A program made the position numbers and the translations under genes. A stretch of 64,000 nucleotides of DNA. Origin: Octopus sinensis (Eukaryota). The notes under the pieces are model-generated. The model had not been told where the DNA came from and ran no database searches. It saw only the letters and a list, made by a program, of their open reading frames with translations. Positions 43,067-54,336 of this stretch are shown piece after piece (within the stretch, counting starts at the first letter, position 1; every line of letters starts with the position of its first letter). Location of the stretch: contig NC_043008.1 in NCBI RefSeq assembly GCF_006345805.1, positions 24,428,001 to 24,492,000 of the forward strand. Direction: 5' to 3'.

Positions 43067-43109
43067 TGAGTGAGAGAGCAGTGCATGCCATCAAAGTGAC
43101 ACTGGGGTA
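43067..43109 (-). mobile_element. Second 43-nt 3'-end-only copy of the 560-bp element
   Basis: tgagtgagagagcagtgcatgccatcaaagtgacactggggta between (TAT)n tracts. Confidence 0.88.
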
Positions 43110-43124
43110 TATTATTATTATTAT

Positions 43125-43731
43125 TGAGTGAGAGAGCAGTGCATGCCATCAAAGTGACACTGGGGTAAAATATACGAAGCCCAATATAACCCATCATGAC
43201 TACCCGTCTGATAAAGGTACACCAGGCACATGCATCACAACCATATGTGTGCGACATGGTGATCTCATATCAAGATAAACAGCACATGACCTTGCAGGTG
43301 GGGCCCAGTTAGAATTTTCTTCAGGTTGAGTAGCCCATCCCGCTCAAAAGGTCCCTGAATAAGGGTTGTTTAAGGATGTTGAAAGAACCACCCATGTTTC
43401 CAGAGGTGAATTATTCAAACCCCAAAGAATCCCTCTCAACACATGGCTATGATGCTCCCCACTACTTCTGCTCGTGATCAGAGATGTACATATCGTCAGC
43501 CACTAAGGGACATGCTCAACTGGTTAAGGTCAAACAACTGACAAGCAAATCTGTGGTATTGAGCAGAATATTTGCTGTAGCCCATCTTTTATACCAAGAC
43601 AAAACAATGTACATGATAACACTTCCAATCAGTTAAGATCAGAAGCCATGAGAGCCACTGCCTGGTACTGCATCAGGGCATTTATACTGCATCAGGGCAT
43701 TGGTACTGCATCAGGGCATTTATACTGCATC
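43125..43731 (-). mobile_element. Full copy of the 560-bp element with tandemly repeated 5' terminus
   Basis: Matches 35382-35940; tactgcatcagggcatt occurs at 43666, 43685 and 43704, with a partial at 43723. Confidence 0.88.
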
Positions 43732-43750
43732 TATTATTAATTATTAATTA

Positions 43751-44556
43751 TTGGGTTGTCCGGAAAGTTCGTGCCGTTTTTTAAAGGAATGAGAAAGGTC
43801 AATAAATACTTGCCATTACATTTTTAGTCAACCAAATATGAACCATTTTGTTGCACAATGCATCTCCATCTTCCCTTTAACTTTAAAATACCCTCTTCCC
43901 AGAATTGAGTTGGTTTCATGGCAATGAATTCATCAAGGTATCTTTTTACATCATCCATGGAATTGAAATTTTTACCATTAAGACTATTCTGCAGAGACCT
44001 GAATAAGTGGAAATCCGAAGGAGCAATATGTAGTGAATATAGAGGGTGGGTAACACATCCCAGCCGAGCTACAGCAATTTTTGTCTGGTTCCCAAAGAAA
44101 TGTGCAGTCTTGCATTATCATGTTGGAAAACAACACCTTTCCTGTTGGCCAATTCTGGAAGTTTCTCTTGAATTGCTGCTTTTAACTCGTCCAGTTGTGT
44201 GCAGTATTTTTCAGAATTTAATGTCTGGTTACTTGGGAGAAGCTCATAGTACAGAATTCCTTTCTAATCCAACCAGACACGAAGCAAGACCTTTTTAGGG
44301 TGAAGACCCGTTTGTGTGGTGGCTAGGAGTGGCTCATGTCGCTTACTCCAGGATCGCTTTCTCTGAACATTTCGATACATAATCCATTTCTCATCACCTG
44401 TCACAATTTTCTATAAAGAAGGCGCGTTTTCATTCCATTTATAAAGCGAATCACAGATGGAAATGCGTTCCAAAAAGTTCTTCTCACTCATGTGGGACCC
44501 AAACATCGTAGCGATTTGTGTGCGCAGCTTTACCTGGTGCTCATGAACGACGGATT
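43751..44556 (-). mobile_element. Mariner remnant (second family), 5'-truncated
   Basis: TA-ttgggttgtccggaaagttcgtgccg TIR; WVPHE, HIAPSDFHLFRSLQN and LRWRCIVQQNGSYLVD*. Confidence 0.9.
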
Positions 44557-44559
44557 TTG

Positions 44560-44884
44560 ATAGGTTGAGGCTTTATAATATAACTTTTACACATAACTAT
44601 TATGGATTATTAAAGATTTACCAAGGAAGCATATATGGATTTTAAGACTCTCACACTAAAGTGTGCTTACCAAAATCAAAAGCAGTAATTTTTAATTTTT
44701 GATTTATATTTCAAGCAAACACCACATTATCATATTCTTATTTTTAAAAACTACCATTCGATATATTATACAAAATTCAAATTTTATATCGCTGAAGAGC
44801 AGAAGAGTTGTCTATAAATGCTTATCAATATAGGATTCCATTATAGAGACAGCACTTCTGCGAAACGATCGTAAGATGCTTTAA
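44560..44884 (+). mobile_element. PLE 3' end (EN C-terminus remnant plus pLTR)
   Basis: KEAYMDFKTLTL resembles the PLE GIY-YIG tail EAYWI..L.TL; followed by a hammerhead motif. Confidence 0.55.
44786..44879 (+). ncRNA. Minimal type-I hammerhead ribozyme motif
   Basis: CTGAAGA-gcagaag...cttctgc-GAAAC-gatc-GTA|agatg. Perfect 7-bp stem II, palindromic GATC loop; stem I has a basal G/A mismatch. Confidence 0.8.
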
Positions 44885-45462
44885 AAACGTATGTCTTCAT
44901 GAGGCTCTTCATCCGGGCAAACCCCGGATGTCCTACATCATCACATACTGAATAATGCTTTGAACCTGCGTTCCGTTCATTTATATTACTCTTCGTGTTG
45001 CTTTCCAACAATATTTTTTAAATCTTGTTCATGAACATATCTTTTTCCAATTTCAATTCAATTTCTTCCAGCGTACTATATCAAATCACGTACTATATTG
45101 CACAAAATGATTTCCAGTCCCATTTCTATCTTCGCAAAATAAAGTTACAAGCATTTTCAAGTTCCGAAGGGGCAAGTTTTCGCAAAAGGAGCCTTACCTT
45201 CCTTTCAGTAGACCATCCCTTGCATTCTTCTCAGAATATGTCTACGCGGTAAAGGTAGTTCCTTCATCCGGTTTGTACTGAAATTCTTCGGTGGATTTTG
45301 CAATATCGTCCGCTGAAAATGATTCTGTCGAATTTCTCGACTGCAGCAACAACTCTATTAACATCTGTAGTTGCTGCTGTTGCTGCTCTTGTTGTTTTAC
45401 GTCTGCTTTCAGTAACTCTTCCGTTTCGGTACTATTTGAAACTTCATCGCCACTGTTGTATC
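44885..45462 (-). mobile_element. Internally deleted Gypsy remnant: LTR end, PBS, gag start, integrase Zn-finger
   Basis: ...tacaaca|gtggcgatgaag (LTR end plus PBS-like); KSTEEFQYKPDEGTTFTA..KVRLLLRKL (gag); GHPGFARMKSL (integrase HHCC). Confidence 0.78.
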
Positions 45463-46025
45463 GCACGTTCTTTACTGCTTCTCCAGCGGAGGCAAATCTC
45501 ACCTTTACTGTACCGAATTTCCTTCCACGTGCATAAAAGGTTACTTCCTTTTTTATGCAGTCAAAACACCTTTCGATGTCCTACTCGTAGCCACTTTTAT
45601 CTTATTTTCCTTCAGGTTGAGGGTCCTGTATATATTTTTTCTTTTTTCTACTTATGCCAAGAGCTCTTCTGGAGGGGTCAACTTTACTTTGCCCCCCTCC
45701 TTTTCTGCATACTTCTTGCAATTCCGTAGCTTATTGCGAGATATCATTACCTCTCTCATTTTGAACTGCGTTTCATTCTTTTTCCCGCTCCTGCTGCGTA
45801 GCTTCCATTTTCTTCTTTACGCTTGCACTAGGCATCTCTGCCTCCATCCCACATGGGGTGGGGAGGAACAACAAAAAACACAAGTTTGCTTAACAAGCTA
45901 TGTGTTTCAAAATACGTAAAAAAAATTCAAACAAAGTAGTAGCAATTTTACCAATCAACAGTTCAAATATTCACTAACCTAGGCCGAAGCCGACAATCAA
46001 AAAATTCATCCGTTATTCCAAAAGA
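45463..46025 (-). mobile_element. Tx1/L1-type LINE 5' UTR plus ORF1 N-terminus
   Basis: IYRTLNLKENKIKVAT...TFYARGRKFGTVKVRFASAGEA is homologous to ORF1 pieces at ~46400-46570 and ~59760-59920. Confidence 0.72.
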
Positions 46026-46029
46026 CTCG

Positions 46030-46195
46030 GGTTTACACTTAATTCTTAATTCTTTATTAGGCACTAAGGCCCGTAATACAGAATGGACAGCACAAGGACA
46101 TGTAGAACAATACGAGTGGGAACAAAAACAGGAAATGGATGAAAGGTGAAATTATATAAAATATGAAGGTGAAATGGTCACTCGACCCCCGTCGG
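46030..46195 (-). mobile_element. Tx1-type 3' UTR fragment with AATAAA
   Basis: Homologous to 48372-48530; minus strand ends gtgcctaataaagaatt. Confidence 0.7.
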
Positions 46196-48330
46196 AAGAA
46201 GACGAAATGATTGCTGAGGCAATGAAAAGAATAATAACCGAACACGAAGTAAATACCGAAATAATAGTTGTTAAAAAAGTACCAATTTTGCTGCAGCCGC
46301 CAGCGTGAGTAAAAGAGACGTTTCTACTGAAATAAAAAAAAAAGGACAAATATAGAGGAATACTTCGAAAAGAGGGTTTCAACGTTAGAATAAACCTAGT
46401 AAGCGAAGTAACGCTTACCACCCAGAGGAGGACTGTGTTCTACACGACATATAATGTAAAGAACAAAAAATTGAGATTGCTTCAAAGGAAGGCATAGAAA
46501 AGTACGTTCAGCCTATCTGGAAAGATCTAACTTACATTACTCAAGGCAAAAATTTGCCTCTGTGGAGGGGAGATTTCCATCAGAGGAGTTAGTCAGGCAA
46601 CACTTAACCCCTCCGCTCAAATCGGTTGAACTAGTCCTCCTACCGACATACCTTGGGAGGCATAATTCCAAGGTAATGGTAGAAGACATTCCGCCGGAGA
46701 TTGATGCTGGCTGTCTCACGGCAGCTATTACACTGGGCTTGGAGGATAAAATAACCATCCGCAGGAAACACAATACCTGCAACAAAATTGGCAAGGCCAA
46801 CAACTCGAAATACTGATTCAAGCGGCCCCTGCAGATTTAGAAAAGTTATCAGAGTCCATTTTAATCAAGGAAGACACTAGACTAGGATCATGGCTCGAAG
46901 ACCGAGATGTTATAAGTGTGGCCAAAAAGGCTACATAGGATCGGAAAGTCCTTCACCATCGGAGCCCACCAACAAACCAACAACATCAGAAGATTCACCA
47001 GAGAGAGAAAACCAGCCACCAAAAGAAAGCCAACCGCTTAAAGAAGCGACAAAAAGAACGGCAGAAGAGACGGGAACGCAACTACTACCCAAAGAAGACA
47101 TGGAGTTGAGTACGGTCACCCGAAAAAAGAGAAGCAGAAAAAGTAAGAATCCCCTCCGCACTCATTCTGACACTAGCATTCTCACTATCTCAAATAAAAC
47201 CACAAACACCCCCCTCCAAATTCCCCAACCACCGACCCCCAACTATGCATTAACATTACCTCTGTAAACACCAAAAATGAAAAACTCACACAGTTATACT
47301 AAACTTTCCATCTGCTTCTCCGTTCCGTGCACACGAGAACCCAAATCTCATCCCACATACAGTTCATTCAATTTGATTCAACAGGCTTATGCAGCCTTAA
47401 AAATGACTTTCAAAGAGGACGTTGGTCCTTTCCAAAAAATTGTCGTCTCATTTTTATCAATCATTCATAAAGCCTCCCCCCAAGCTACGACGCAAAAAAG
47501 AACGGAGGAGGAGGGATAACCATTCTCCCTCCTTGAACGGTAAGACTGCTTCATATTCTCGCTTAACGTAGGTTGCATAAATTTGCGCGGCCTGGGTTAG
47601 GATTAGAAGTGAAGCTGCCTCCTTGACGACCTCAGGTCGCTTAGTTTAGAATTAGTAATTATTACCGAAACCAAACTGAGTGGACTGCAGTCTTTTACCT
47701 TTCTCCTAAACGGTTAGGAGAAATTTATTTCCCTAAACCAACCTGGGAGCGGAGGAGGAGTTGCAGTCCTACTCCGGAAAAATCTGTGTTAGAGGTAAGA
47801 GCAGTCTTTGTATACCCGGAGGACAGGTCGGTCGTCTTTAAGATTGTTCCGCCGCCTTTCTTCATTAGGGAAGAGAAGGCTCGTTTCCTCTGCGTTGTAG
47901 CTACCGCGGAGGTAGTATGGAAGACAAGAGTGAAAGGGATCGTGATAGGCATTTTCATCTCCAGTCTTGGGTTGGTGAACCTCTTCCTTTTCCATATGAA
48001 ATGGAAAATAAGGCTGGAGAGGAGATGTCTGTTGCACGGAATATTTCGGAAATGATGGAGGACTGTAGCAAGAGTGTTGAGAGTAGATGAACCTGATTGA
48101 GCGAGAAGGTAGAGTCTACCAAGGGATTCAGTGTTGAACTGTGGTTTGTGGGGTCGGCTACATGCCTCACTTCATTAATTTTTTTCATTCATTTTTTAAT
48201 TCTCATCCGAATTTCATACATATTTATCATCGATTATATCTTCTATTCGTGCCTCTACCCTTTGTCTGTCCTTGTATCGTCCACTCTATATTTCGACGTT
48301 TATGGTTAATAAAGAAATTAGTGTAATATG
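46196..48330 (+). mobile_element. Internally deleted Tx1-type LINE (ORF1, APE start, ORF2 C-terminus, 3' UTR)
   Basis: ORF1 LVLLPTYLGR and RRPRCYKCGQKGYI (zinc knuckle); APE INLRGLG..IITETKL..GGGVAVLLR; joined near 47840 to the C-terminal FLCVVATAEVVWKTRVKG..KIRLERRCL; AATAAA near 48308. Confidence 0.82.
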
Positions 48331-48371
48331 TCTTTGTAATCCACAAGCGGAGGTTGTAACAACAGATTTCT

Positions 48372-48530
48372 CGGCTTTACATTAAAATTTTTAGGCACAA
48401 TGGCCCGTAACAGGGAGTGGACGGCACAAGGGCAGACAAAACAGTATACGTGGGGGACAAATCATAAAACGGATGAAAGGTGAAATTATATAAAAATGAA
48501 GGTGAGATGGCCATTCGAACCCCAACTTCG
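48372..48530 (-). mobile_element. Tx1-type 3' UTR fragment
   Basis: ggcccgtaa...ggatgaaaggtgaaattatataaaa is shared with 46030-46195. Confidence 0.72.
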
Positions 48531-48789
48531 GGTGGTTACATTTAACTGTTTTTGCCTCCAGTTTTTTTTATCAAATTGTCATCATCAAAAATTTTACTTA
48601 CTGTATTTACTAGTTCAGGTACTGTATTATGTATTTGTAATCCTCAACCGGAGGTAGGGTTTCGTATTCTATCTCCTCTCTTAGCGGGTCAATTAGTGAG
48701 CCAAATTTTTTTACTTTTAATTTTGTGTATTTTTCTCTGTCGATTAATATGCATTTGGTGTATTCCGATTTCGCCTCAGCCGGCAATTT

Positions 48790-50060
48790 CACTCTTATTC
48801 CTGACTTAATGATGGTAATCATGCGTTGGATTGCCATGCGTTGGATTGCCATGCTTTTGGCGTATGTCATAATGTAAGCCTTGTGTTTTCGGGGGGGGGG
48901 GTCTTCTGAGTCTGTGTGTTTTTTCTGTCTGCATTTGGGTCTGGAGGTAACCGGGGTGGTATCACTATTTTGGGGTGTTTCTACTTGTGGTGTATGCTGT
49001 GTGAGTATGTCTAGTCTGTTAAATACTTGTGTGTCGCCTTCAGTGTTGATGTTTTTCTTTTTCTTTTTAGTAGTTTTCGGGGGTGACACTGTAGACACAT
49101 CTCTCTTTTTGGAACTTCACCGAATCCTTCTTCGTCTGTGTCTTCCGTATTTTCATCCATGCTTGGGGCTGTTGTCTCAGTACTTTGCTTTCATGTGCCC
49201 CTTCACACAGCAGTGATAGGAGGTGAGTGGATGACCCTCCACTACCACTCATAATTTTTTATCTTCCGGCAGTAGTATTTCTTCCGTTATCACATATAAT
49301 TCTTCTTGGTTGGCTTGGATCACCATTTCCAGTCCATAACCCCAGAAAGTCAGCTTCTTAGTTCTTGTTACTTGCAATATTTTTATTTCTTCTGTTTCAT
49401 AAGTTATGGATACCACTAGCCATGCTTCCTTTATTTCTGGCGACACCTTGCCAACCCTGATTCTCGCGACTCTGTTACCGCAGCAGGGTGGCAGGAACAC
49501 CATTCCTGTGATCTCAAAGGTATAGTGGAGGGATTGGTTACCGTGGTAAACCTCACCTACACAGTGCCTCCACTGTAGTAGGTGGTTACACTTTTTCTAG
49601 GCACTTTTCAATAGCCTCCTCTGTCGCTATCTAAATTTTCTTGCTGGATAAGGACAGCGCTATGTATACCACTGTCCTTCTTCTGGTACTATTGGTCACT
49701 TCCTCTGGCGGGGTTAGTTGCAGGCTTTTCCCTTCCTTGTGGAGCAGCTCACTGCGACTTCCAATCGTTTTGAGGTCTATTGCTATCACTCGCACTTCCA
49801 ATGCGTTTGAAAAGTTGGTCGCTCGACTACCGACCGCCGACGCATAACCACCGACTTGTACTGGCGAACATTCCATTTCAAAATTCTTTGCCTCCAAATG
49901 GGGAAAAGAACACCAATCAAAAAACAAGCCCGTAGGCGAAACTGCAATATAAATTTAACTCTCATTTTTACTCTGCCCAAGACTCTCTGTGTATGTCCAT
50001 TTATACTGTAGCACAGTCCATTAGGAGTCAACCAACAGAGGTGTTCTACTTCTACAAAAC
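48790..50060 (-). mobile_element. Tx1-type LINE 5' UTR plus ORF1
   Basis: ATEEAIEKCL, RIRVGKVSPEIKEAWLV..LEMVIQANQEELYVITEEILLPED, VVEGHPLTSYHCCVKGH, then a K/P/T-rich tail. Confidence 0.78.
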
Positions 50061-50536
50061 ATATATATATATATATAATTGATGTGTGAGTGTATAGTGA
50101 ACTAAAAAAATCACTCTTTCGAAAACATCTAGTAATTCAATAAAGAAACGTTGACCACATTCATACAACTATTCTTTAATGACTATACAAAAGAACAAGA
50201 CCTGGAAATGCAATTATAATTTTCACTGAATAAAGTCAAAAACAACTGCTGGTTTTTCAGTTAAAATCTTAACCATTTCAAAAATAGAAAAATTATTTTT
50301 CCTACCCATCTTAAAAGGTCTCCCTTGCTTGACAATCTACACAAAATTGTATGTATATAAAAAGGCCAAGAAATCTAACTTCAAACCACTTTTTGATAAA
50401 TCCGATAGCAGAAGAAAGCGCTAAAAATGTAAATGAAATGTAAGTATATATATATATATATATGATTTTGATTTTGATTTTGATTTTGATTTTTCCAGTT
50501 TCAGCTAATGAGCTGTGGCCATGCTGGGGCACCGCC

Positions 50537-50586
<50 letters not shown>

Positions 50587-50752
50587 TATAATCATCCAAC
50601 ATTCTGACTACCCTATTCTAAAGATACAATATTTGTACATTACTTCAAACCTCTCTCTCTGTCTCTCTGTCTCTCTGTCTCTTTATTTCTCTCTCTCTCT
50701 CTCTCTAAACTGTAAACTTTTTTGAACTCATAATATTCTGTGCATGTATACC

Positions 50753-51166
50753 AATATTCCACTGAACTTTTAAATAATTCCTTCTGGAAACTATCTTTTA
50801 CATTTTCTTGAGAATGTATATATTTGTTGTAATATTTTGTGCCCAATATTTTAATGAACTTGTTAAATTTTTTATGTTCTTAACATGCTTGTGTCACCAA
50901 AGAATGTATATATATGTATTGTAGTATTTTGTGACAACCAATATTTTGTGTGTGTATGAATATACAGATACAATAACAATATCCCACTGAACTTTTTAAT
51001 AATTCCTTCTGGAAACTATCTTTAACATTTTCTTGAAAATGTATATTTATGTTGTAATCTTTTGTGCCCAATATTTTAAGGAACTTGTAAACTTTTTTAT
51101 GTCCTTAACATGTTCTTGTTACCAAAGTCTGTATATATGTATTGTAGCATTTTGTAACAACCAATA
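50753..51166 (+). repeat. Two-copy 225-bp tandem duplication
   Basis: 50753-50941 and 50978-51166 align (roughly 85-90% by eye); paired ORFs MGTKYYN..QENVKDSFQKEL and MGTKDYN..QENVKDSFQKEL. Confidence 0.9.
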
Positions 51167-51340
51167 ATTAGCACAACCAAACTTTTACGTTACTTTTGAC
51201 GATTTCTTTCCAAAGAGTGAAACTGGTAAAGTAAATAAACATCTTTTAAAATTGCATTTTCAAACCTTCTTTCGTATATAATTCCACTCGTGCGGTACCC
51301 TACAACTCCACTTTGTTATATTTATATATATCTATATCTA

Positions 51341-51430
<90 letters not shown>

Positions 51431-53432
51431 TGTAAATGGAGAGAGAGAACCGATAGAGTTTCCGAAAATACTGGTTTTCACCATGCTTCGCGCTCGATCA
51501 TCTGTATATCCTTTTTCTTTTTGTTACTTATGTTTAAATCAATTCCTTGTATTAACATTATAACACAGTGCTAGTTATTTACCTAGTGTGCAATCTTTTG
51601 CCAATCCCCGATAAAGTCAGCGAAGAGTTATAATCCAGTATTCTGAGATTACATGATACGAATGAGTTCTATGTTGCTCTGGATCATGTTAGAAGCTTTG
51701 GATTTGCAGATCATCGGAAAATATTCTGTAGGCGTTAAATTCATGACCTTTTTGTAATCATTTCAAATCTTTGATGATATCAAATATGCTTGCCTTTCTT
51801 TCGTGGACGATGTAATAGAGTGTCAGCAGAACGCCAATCAAAAAACAAGCCCGTTTTTACTCTGCCCAAGACTCTCTACATATGTTGGTTTAATCGACTA
51901 ATAGTGTTAGAGAGAAACTGCGACGGAGAATCTTGAACGAAGCTTCGTAGGGCAGCGACACCGGATTTTATTATTTCTGAAAGATATGTGGAGTTAAGTA
52001 AGTATAAGTTGTATACAAAGTAAAAATAAATAATGTTATCTATTGTAATGTTATCTATTGTAAACATTGCAATAAAAAATTCTAAAAACCTCATCGGAAT
52101 ACGAATCTAGAACGTATGCTAAAATGTAGCGTATTTGTAAATGTTTAACAAAGTTTCAAACGTGTTGTATTATTAAAACTAAAACGTAAATCACCTGAAG
52201 CGTTTATTTCTATTGTTTTCCACAATGTGCTATTTCCGTTATTAATGTTAAATTATAAATACGATAAACGTTGATCGCAAGAGATGTAAACAACAAAAAT
52301 AGTAGTGTTTCTGTACCTTCTTATTCTACTGAGGTTATGGGCGTTTCTTGCATTTAAGCTTTTCCTTTTTGAATTGATTTTATTTTTGTTTTTATTTTTT
52401 ATCATATTATCAGGATGAAAGTATCTAACAAATTCAAGAGAACTTTAAAGTTTTTCGTAAAAAGAATTTGGTCATTATTTACCGTGATTTATTAAGCAAT
52501 CGTTTCAGTAGTGTTTTTTTTTTTAGGTATTCCTTATTGTTTTAGCTCCATGTTAACACAAAGTTTGTTATGTTTGATTTCAGGGAATGTAAAGAAATAG
52601 TATCTTCCAGATTGACCTCAAACAGGCCAAAAATATTTAAGCAACCAAAGAGCCGCATCTCACATACAAATGAATGCCTACTATATCATTCCATTTCAAC
52701 ATTTCATAAAAGCATAACTCATATCTACCACCTCTTCAAAAAAAGAAAAGATATATTACATAAACAATTGATAAATTCGGTCCATAAATGCTTATTGATT
52801 CATTGTTGTTTTTCATAATATAAGAAACAGTGAGAAAGCAAAGCATATCCCTTCAATGAGCGTAAAGTATCGTGTTACGACATACAAATCACTCATATGT
52901 ATCGATATTTATTTACATTTTATGTTTATTCTCTGCTTTCACTCGAATTTCTTTCTTTACTTCGTTTCTCTCCATTGTCAGCAGAGATGATTGATAGGGA
53001 TGATAGTATTGCAAGTATATTAAAAAATACAAATAAAGAAATGCTTCTCCATTATCAATGCAAAGTAAGTCAACAACATTCTTGCTGACCAAAACACCAT
53101 GTTTGATATATTCTCTAATCTATGCAATTCAAGATCTTGCATTGCTATAATATTTAATCTCCAGAGGTATAAAGATATTCGTTTCAAATATTCCACCCGC
53201 CTCTGTCCCTCTTGTCAAATATTTACTGTGAATTTATAAATAACATGTCAGATATTAACACCCTTGGAATATAATGAATTATATGTACTTAACTACAGAT
53301 TTTGTGAATACATATATGCATATTTCATACATAAATACGGTACATTGACAGAAATATTCGCACATAGAGAAACATACACATAGTTACGTATAAGGATACA
53401 CAAATACCTCTATGTATACATACTCAAATCAA

Positions 53433-53473
<41 letters not shown>

Positions 53474-53661
53474 AACAAGCAAAGAGAGAGAGAGAGGAGA
53501 TACATACATATATTTATAAGCATATTAAGTATGTGCATATATATATATATATTATATATATATATACATATATATAATGTGCAAGTATCTCTGCGTATCT
53601 GTTATTTTGGCGATGCACACACATACACACATATCTAGGAACATATCTATTTGTATCTATT

Positions 53662-53697
<36 letters not shown>

Positions 53698-53910
53698 TAT
53701 GTATATATACACAGTTAGACTCATATAATCGTGCCATACAAAATATATTCCGTCTCGCTCTTGAAATTGTCATGCACTACTATGTGGTTAGGTGAGTTAT
53801 AGAAAGGAGATTGGTAGAAATAGAGATACATATTTATATCAAGCTGAGAGATAACTACTCTGGTGGTTGAATTTTTACTTTGGCATAATGGCAAAGAAAG
53901 AAGGTGATAA

Positions 53911-54336
53911 TCTTTTACCTTTCACTTGTTTTAGTCATTAGACTGCGACCATAATGGGGCACCACCTTGAAGAATTTTTAGTTAAATGAATCGACCACAT
54001 TGCTCATGTTTTTTTAAAATTTTAAACCTGGTACTTATTCTATCAGGTTCTTTTGCTGAACCGGTAAGTTGGTGGTAGCGGGGTGCGTAAACTCATCAAC
54101 ACCGATTGTCAAACGGTGGTGGAGAACAAACATAGACACAAAGACACACACATAGATATACATAGATATACGACAGGCTTCCTTTTCCGTTTTTGTCTAC
54201 CAAATCCAGTCACAAGTCTTTGCTCGGCCCGTGGCTATATTAGAAGTCGCTCGCCCAAGATGCCACATAGTGGGATTGAGCCCAGAACCATGTAATCGGA
54301 AAACAAGCTTCTTACCACACAGCCACATCTGCACCT
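53911..54336 (-). mobile_element. SINE family A, full length
   Basis: Reverse complement of the family A head and tail (ttaccacacagccacatctgcacct; cttgttttagtcattagactgcg). Confidence 0.82.
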
